This document shows positions 58,835 to 64,000 of a DNA stretch of 64,000 nucleotides, in pieces. Location of the stretch: the NCBI GenBank assembly GCA_038054875.1, contig JBBUJK010000029.1, positions 7,442 through 71,441 of the forward strand, read 5' to 3'. Origin of the DNA: Patescibacteria group bacterium (GTDB lineage Bacteria; Patescibacteriota; Patescibacteriia; 2-12-FULL-57-11). The position numbers and the translations under genes are program-made. The notes beneath the pieces were generated by a model that had not been told where the DNA came from, did not search any database, and was given only the letters and a program-made list of their open reading frames with translations. The number at the start of each line of letters is the position of its first letter. Position 1 is the first letter of the stretch.

Positions 58835-60025
58835 ATGGCAGAAAAGTTCGACCGCTCCAAACCGCACGTCAACGTCGGCACCATCGGCCACGTCGACCAC
58901 GGAAAGACGACGCTGACCGCCGCCATTCTTGCGGTCGCCTCCGCCCACGGCATGACGGCCCAGAAGAAAGGCATCGAGGACCTCGACAAGGCTCCGGAAT
59001 CGCGTTCCCGCGGCATTACGATCGCCACGGCGCATTGTGAATACGAGTCCGAGAAGCGCCACTACGCGCACGTCGACTGCCCGGGCCACGCCGACTACGT
59101 GAAGAACATGATCACCGGCGCCGCGCAGATGGACGGCGCGATCCTGGTCGTGTCCGCCGCCGACGGTCCGATGCCGCAGACCCGCGAGCACATCCTGCTC
59201 GCCCGCCAGGTCGGCGTGCCGTCGATCGTGGTCTTCCTGAACAAGGTCGACACGGTGGATGATAAGGAACTCATCGACCTCGTCGAAGAGGAAGTCCGCG
59301 ACCTCCTCAAGAAGTACGATTTCCCGGGCGACACGACCCCGATCATCCGCGGGTCCGCCTTGAAGGCGCTTCAGAATCCGAGCGATCCCGAGGCCGCAAA
59401 GCCGGTGCTCGAGCTCCTGAAGACGCTCGACGAGTACATTCCGGAGCCGATTCGCGAAATCGAAAAGCCGTTCCTGATGCCGGTCGAAGACGTCTTCTCG
59501 ATTGAAGGCCGCGGCACGGTCGTCACCGGCCGCATCGAGCGCGGTATCATCAAGATCAACGAAGAAGTCGAGATCGTCGGCCTCGGGGAAACCCGCAAGA
59601 CCGTCGTGACCGGCGTCGAGATGTTCAACAAGCAGCTCGACGAAGGCCGCGCCGGCGACAACGCGGGCCTGCTGCTCCGCGGCACCAAGAAGGAAGAAGT
59701 GGAGCGTGGCATGGTCCTCGCCAAGACCGGTACGGTCAAACCGCACACCGAGTTCGAGGCCGAGGTGTACACCCTGACCAAGGAGGAAGGCGGCCGTCAC
59801 AAGCCGTTCTTCAACGGCTACAAGCCGCAATTCTATATCCGCACCACAGACGTGACCGGCGAGATCACCCTGCCCCAGGGCACGGAAATGGTCATGCCGG
59901 GCGACACCGTGAACGTTTCGGTCAAGCTGATCTCCCCGGTCGCGCTTGAAGAGAAGATGCGCTTCGCGGTGCGCGAAGGCGGCCGCACGGTCGGTGCCGG
60001 CGTCGTGACGAAGATCACCAAATAA
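58835..60025 (+). CDS. tuf: Elongation factor Tu
   Basis: [30 protein letters not shown]. Confidence 0.99.
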   Translation: MAEKFDRSKPHVNVGTIGHVDHGKTTLTAAILAVASAHGMTAQKKGIEDLDKAPESRSRGITIATAHCEYESEKRHYAHVDCPGHADYVKNMITGAAQMDGAILVVSAADGPMPQTREHILLARQVGVPSIVVFLNKVDTVDDKELIDLVEEEVRDLLKKYDFPGDTTPIIRGSALKALQNPSDPEAAKPVLELLKTLDEYIPEPIREIEKPFLMPVEDVFSIEGRGTVVTGRIERGIIKINEEVEIVGLGETRKTVVTGVEMFNKQLDEGRAGDNAGLLLRGTKKEEVERGMVLAKTGTVKPHTEFEAEVYTLTKEEGGRHKPFFNGYKPQFYIRTTDVTGEITLPQGTEMVMPGDTVNVSVKLISPVALEEKMRFAVREGGRTVGAGVVTKITK

Positions 60026-60072
60026 CTCTCCCGCCCACCTCTGCCTTGCGGGGGTGGGCATCCGTGGATTGC

Positions 60073-60423
60073 ATGAGCACTGTCGTCAAAAAAACTGCGG
60101 AGAAGGGCAAGGATGAGGAGAAGCAGCGGATCCGTATCAAAATCCGGGCCTATGATCACAAGATCATCGACCAATCCGCCCGGACGATCATCGACACGGC
60201 ACTGCGCTCCGGCGCCACCGTGATCGGGCCGATTCCGCTGCCGACCGAGAAGAAGAAGTTCACGGTCAACCGCTCGACCTTCGTCCACAAGGACGCCCGC
60301 GAGCAGTACGAGGTCCGCACTTCGAAGCGGATCGTCGACATCATCGATCCCACGCCCCGCACCATCGACGCCCTCATGAATTTGAATCTTCCTGCAGGCG
60401 TCGACGTCGAAATCAAGATGTAA
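60073..60423 (+). CDS. rpsJ: 30S ribosomal protein S10
   Basis: [28 protein letters not shown]. Confidence 0.98.
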   Translation: MSTVVKKTAEKGKDEEKQRIRIKIRAYDHKIIDQSARTIIDTALRSGATVIGPIPLPTEKKKFTVNRSTFVHKDAREQYEVRTSKRIVDIIDPTPRTIDALMNLNLPAGVDVEIKM

Positions 60424-60707
60424 GTCGCAGCCCTCCGGCTGCCCCGTGTGCCTCTTCCGGGGACGCACAGGGGAGCCGGAGCGGCCCCAACCTCAGCTTC
60501 CCACCGCGTCGTGCTGGTACGCCTCTGGCGTAGACCCGACGTCGATCGGCGGCCGAGACTCGTGAGGTATCGTCATTGACAGTTATTCCCACGCCACCCG
60601 TTGAAGACGGCAGTGCGTGCTAGAAGTGTTCGCATGATGCGCCCGCAACCGCGGATGTTCTCATGGTGCGAAGGCTTCTGGTTTTTGTTTAGCCAGAATC
60701 ACGGAAT

Positions 60708-61409
60708 ATGAAATTCATCGTCGGTCGAAAAATTGAGATGCGCCAGGAGTTTCGGCCGGACGGCACTGTCGTCCCGGTCACTTTGGTTGCAATCGAACCG
60801 AATACGGTTACGGCTGTTCGCACGCAGGAGAAGGATGGATACGTCGCCATTCAGGTCGGCGTCGGGTCGTCCAGGAACGTGAAGAAGCCGCAGATCGGTC
60901 ACACCAAGGCTCTTGGCCGCAGTTTTGCGCATTTCCGTGAGTTCCGCGTTGATGATGTTTCTGATGTCGTGCCGGGGCAGGTGACGGACATTTCTTTGCT
61001 CGTGCCTGGAGACATCGTGCACGTTGTCGGTACGTCGAAGGGCAAGGGCTTTCAGGGCGTGGTGAAGCGCCACGGATTCCACGGGCACCCCGCGTCCCAC
61101 GGTCATAAGGACCAGCTGCGCATGCCGGGTTCGATCGGTTCCAAGCGTCAGGGTCCGGTGGCTCCGGGAAAACGCATGGCAGGCCGCATGGGCGGCGATC
61201 GTATCACCGTGCGCGGTCTTGAAGTTGTTTCCGTGGACGCCGCCGCCGGCGTTGTCTCGCTCAAGGGCGCCGTGCCTGGTGCGCGCAACGGATTGTTGCT
61301 GCTTTCCGGTTCTGGGACACAGACATACCGTACAACGCAGGCGCCGGTCGGAGAACCCGCCACGGTTCCGACGGAGACGCTTGCCGCTCCGGTCGCCGAA
61401 CAGTCTTAA
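60708..61409 (+). CDS. rplC: 50S ribosomal protein L3
   Basis: GTSKGKGFQG..KRHGF, PGSIG, KGAVPG. Confidence 0.97.
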   Translation: MKFIVGRKIEMRQEFRPDGTVVPVTLVAIEPNTVTAVRTQEKDGYVAIQVGVGSSRNVKKPQIGHTKALGRSFAHFREFRVDDVSDVVPGQVTDISLLVPGDIVHVVGTSKGKGFQGVVKRHGFHGHPASHGHKDQLRMPGSIGSKRQGPVAPGKRMAGRMGGDRITVRGLEVVSVDAAAGVVSLKGAVPGARNGLLLLSGSGTQTYRTTQAPVGEPATVPTETLAAPVAEQS

Positions 61410-61415
61410 ACGCAT

Positions 61416-62042
61416 ATGGTGAAAGTTCCCCTGTACAACATGGACGGCAAGAAGGTCGGCGAGCAGGAGCTCTCGGCCGCAGTTTTCGGCGTCGACATCA
61501 AACCGACCGTTCTTCATGAGGCTGCGGTGGCTCATGCTTCCGCCTCCCGTCAGATTGTCGCTCACACGAAGACCCGCGGCGAAGTCCGCGGCGGCGGCAA
61601 GAAGCCTTGGAAACAGAAGGGGACTGGTCGCGCTCGCCACGGTTCCATCCGTTCTCCGATTTGGAAGGGCGGCGGCGTGGTGTTCGGACCGCGCAACACG
61701 CGCAACTACGAAAAGAAGATCAACCGCAAGGTGAAGCAGCAGGCGTTGCGCATGGCGCTGACCGACAAGGTCGCGCACGATCGTTTGCTCGTGCTTGAGT
61801 CGCTTACCGCGGCCGAATACAAGACCAAGATCATGGTGAAGATGCTGAAGGCGCTCCCGGTGGGTCGCAAGATTCTCGTGGCGCTCCCGACGCGCGACCA
61901 AAAGGTCGTGAAGTCGCTCGCCAATCTTCCGCGCGTGACGTCCGTGAATGTCGGCAGCTTGAACATCACGGCGCTGCTCGGTCATGACACGGTGCTGACC
62001 ACGGCGGAAGGGACGAAAAAGATGGAAGAGATGTTTGGCTAA
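61416..62042 (+). CDS. rplD: 50S ribosomal protein L4
   Basis: [15 protein letters not shown]. Confidence 0.98.
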   Translation: MVKVPLYNMDGKKVGEQELSAAVFGVDIKPTVLHEAAVAHASASRQIVAHTKTRGEVRGGGKKPWKQKGTGRARHGSIRSPIWKGGGVVFGPRNTRNYEKKINRKVKQQALRMALTDKVAHDRLLVLESLTAAEYKTKIMVKMLKALPVGRKILVALPTRDQKVVKSLANLPRVTSVNVGSLNITALLGHDTVLTTAEGTKKMEEMFG

Positions 62043-62051
62043 CCGCCGGCT

Positions 62052-62471
62052 ATGTCTACGTTTTTGGACAAATTCAAGTTTGGGAGGAAGCCACCGACCG
62101 GGGCCTCCGGCGGTAAAAAGGCACCGATCAAGAAAGCCGCATCCACTGCGGCTGCGGTTGCTGCTCCTTCTGGCGACCAGGACACCGGAATTGCCACCTC
62201 GGTGCTGCGCCACCCGCACGTCACGGAAAAGGCAGCCCGCATGTCCGCGCAGCGCCAGTACGTGTTCGTTGTGCCGCTCAAAGCCACCAAGCTCCAAGTT
62301 CGCGATGCTGTCATGAAACTCTATGGCGTGCGTCCGATCGGCGTGAACATCGTGCGCGTCAAAGGCAAGCAGGTGCGCTTTGGCCAGCGGAGCGGCGTGC
62401 AGAAAGATTGGAAGAAGGCCATGGTGACGCTCGCGCCGGGCGCTGCGCTCTCCATCTACGAAGGCGTGTAA
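62052..62471 (+). CDS. rplW: 50S ribosomal protein L23 with N-terminal extension
   Basis: PHVTEKA, WKKAMVTL. Confidence 0.95.
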   Translation: MSTFLDKFKFGRKPPTGASGGKKAPIKKAASTAAAVAAPSGDQDTGIATSVLRHPHVTEKAARMSAQRQYVFVVPLKATKLQVRDAVMKLYGVRPIGVNIVRVKGKQVRFGQRSGVQKDWKKAMVTLAPGAALSIYEGV

Positions 62472-62477
62472 ACTTGT

Positions 62478-63320
62478 ATGCCGATCAAATCTTTCAAACC
62501 AACAACTCCGGGACGGCGCCTTGCGTCGGTGGACGCGTACGCGGACATCACCAAGTTCGAGCCGGAAAAGTCGCTCATCACGTTTAAGAAGCGGAGCGGC
62601 GGCCGCAACAACCAGGGCAAAATCACCGTCCGCCATCGCGGCGGCGGCGCTCGTCGCTTTTTGCGCGACGTCGACAACAAGCGTGAGAAGTACGACGTGC
62701 CTGCGCGGGTTGAGGCCATCGAACACGATCCGGCCCGCGGCGCCCGCATCGCGCTCCTGGTGTATCGCGATGGAGAACGCCGCTACATGGTCGCACCGGG
62801 CGGCGTCACCGTCGGTCAGACCGTGGTGTCTTCAAAGCATCGCGTCGAGGTAACGCCCGGCAATCGCATGCCGCTGTCCGAAATTCCGGTCGGCATGACC
62901 ATTCATGACGTGGAATTCCTTCCCGGTGAAGGCGGCCGGATGGTGCGTGGCGCCGGGCTTGGCGCCCAGCTCATGGCCGTCGAAGGCGAGCATGCGCAAG
63001 TGAAACTTCCGTCCGGCGAAGTGCGCCGGTTGCCGAAGGGCTGCATGGCGACGATCGGTTCCGTGGGCAACCCGGACCACCGTCTGGTGCGACTCGGCAA
63101 AGCCGGTCGCATGCGTCACCGCGGCATTCGTCCAACGGTGCGCGGGAAGGCCATGAACCCGGTCGACCATCCGCACGGTGGTGGTGAAGGCAAGCACCCC
63201 ATCGGCATGAAGTATGCAAAGACGAAATGGGGTAAGCACGCGCTGGGCGTGAAGACCCGCCGTGCCAAGAAGTGGAGCAACAAAATGATCGTGAAGCACC
63301 GGAAGGGTGCCAACCACTAA
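62478..63320 (+). CDS. rplB: 50S ribosomal protein L2
   Basis: [29 protein letters not shown]. Confidence 0.98.
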   Translation: MPIKSFKPTTPGRRLASVDAYADITKFEPEKSLITFKKRSGGRNNQGKITVRHRGGGARRFLRDVDNKREKYDVPARVEAIEHDPARGARIALLVYRDGERRYMVAPGGVTVGQTVVSSKHRVEVTPGNRMPLSEIPVGMTIHDVEFLPGEGGRMVRGAGLGAQLMAVEGEHAQVKLPSGEVRRLPKGCMATIGSVGNPDHRLVRLGKAGRMRHRGIRPTVRGKAMNPVDHPHGGGEGKHPIGMKYAKTKWGKHALGVKTRRAKKWSNKMIVKHRKGANH

Positions 63321-63321
63321 T

Positions 63322-63651
63322 ATGTCGCGTTCCCTGAAGAAGGGCGTTTGGATCGATCCCAAACTGCTCATGAAAATCCAGAAGGCAAAACCAGGCGACA
63401 AGTCCATTCGGACGTGGTCGCGTGATTCGACGATCATCGCCGAAATGGTGGGTCTCACCATCAACGTGCATAACGGCAAGGTGCATGTTCCGGTCTACGT
63501 CGTTGAAAACATGGTTGGCCACAAGCTCGGCGAGTTCTCGCCGACGCGCAAATTTGTGCGCCACGGCGGCAAGATGCAGAAGGACCTCGAGACGGCCGCC
63601 GCGATCACGGCCAAGCCGGCAGCCGCGCCGGCGGCGGGTGGCAAGAAATAA
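63322..63651 (+). CDS. rpsS: 30S ribosomal protein S19
   Basis: [25 protein letters not shown]. Confidence 0.98.
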   Translation: MSRSLKKGVWIDPKLLMKIQKAKPGDKSIRTWSRDSTIIAEMVGLTINVHNGKVHVPVYVVENMVGHKLGEFSPTRKFVRHGGKMQKDLETAAAITAKPAAAPAAGGKK

Positions 63652-63655
63652 TTCT

Positions 63656-64000
63656 ATGGACGTCCACGCTTCCCTCCGCTATCTGCGCATGGCGCCCCGC
63701 AAGGTGCGACTGGTTATTGATGTTGTTCGCGGCATGTCGGTCGCTGAGGCCGAGATGCGGTTGACCTTCTTGCCGAAAGCCGCAGCAATGCCGGTCTTGA
63801 AGCTTCTGCGTTCCGCGGTTGCCAATGCCGAACACAATTTCAAACTCTCCCGTGAAACGCTTTTCGTGAAAACGATTACCGTTGACGGCGGTCCCATTCT
63901 GCATCGTTGGCGCGCACGCGCCATGGGCCGGGCCGCGCCGATCCGCAAGCGCACGTCCCACATCATGCTTATCGTTTCCGATGAAAAACCGGCCGCTAAA
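63656..64000 (+). CDS. rplV: 50S ribosomal protein L22, 3'-truncated by the window edge
   Basis: MDVHASLRYLRMAPRKVRLV...SAVANAEHN...RARAMGRAAPIRKRTSHI, read from the DNA. Confidence 0.96.
   Translation, partial: MDVHASLRYLRMAPRKVRLVIDVVRGMSVAEAEMRLTFLPKAAAMPVLKLLRSAVANAEHNFKLSRETLFVKTITVDGGPILHRWRARAMGRAAPIRKRTSHIMLIVSDEKPAAK

Noticed and set aside
62052-62190. Lys/Ala-rich N-terminal extension of L23 (similar tails on L3 and S19)
   Set aside because: Low-complexity r-protein extensions with no specific signal.
1055-62726. Many long antisense ORFs (e.g. 1055-4198, 8747-10603, 20634-22892, 23692-26136, 35254-37497, 60699-62726)
   Set aside because: Shadows of GC3-biased genes on the opposite strand, with no motifs of their own.

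Overview
This high-GC bacterial chromosome window is most consistent with Patescibacteria/CPR (inference). The evidence is short IF2 and ProRS, housekeeping genes starting at TATG without a Shine-Dalgarno (SD) sequence, PilT/ComEC, and a CPR-type surface domain. The backbone carries gyrA, rpmF-nusB-rnc-pilT, typA, proS, rny-ymdB-hup, truB, infB-trxA-trxB, leuS, glmS, comEC-ndk, rpmB, the str operon, the start of the S10 cluster and six tRNAs. The highlights follow. (1) A complete diversity-generating retroelement (DGR) at 27.3-29.9 kb, whose VR and TR differ at 22 of 129 bp, all at TR adenines. (2) A gene 10 kb away (37352-38206) shares the DGR target's promoter, covarying structured 5' leader, N-terminal domain and post-stop periodic motif, but does not match the local TR; it is a probable remote target of a second TR. 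(3) An array of five lipoprotein genes with myxobacteria-like motifs, separated by four copies of an unrecognised covarying structured element. (4) A split between SD-less housekeeping genes and SD-bearing, GC3-rich accessory genes. (5) An MmeI-type R-M gene plus an AT-rich HEPN gene next to tRNAs for the rare codons AGA, AGG and AUA. All calls are by eye; no searches were run.
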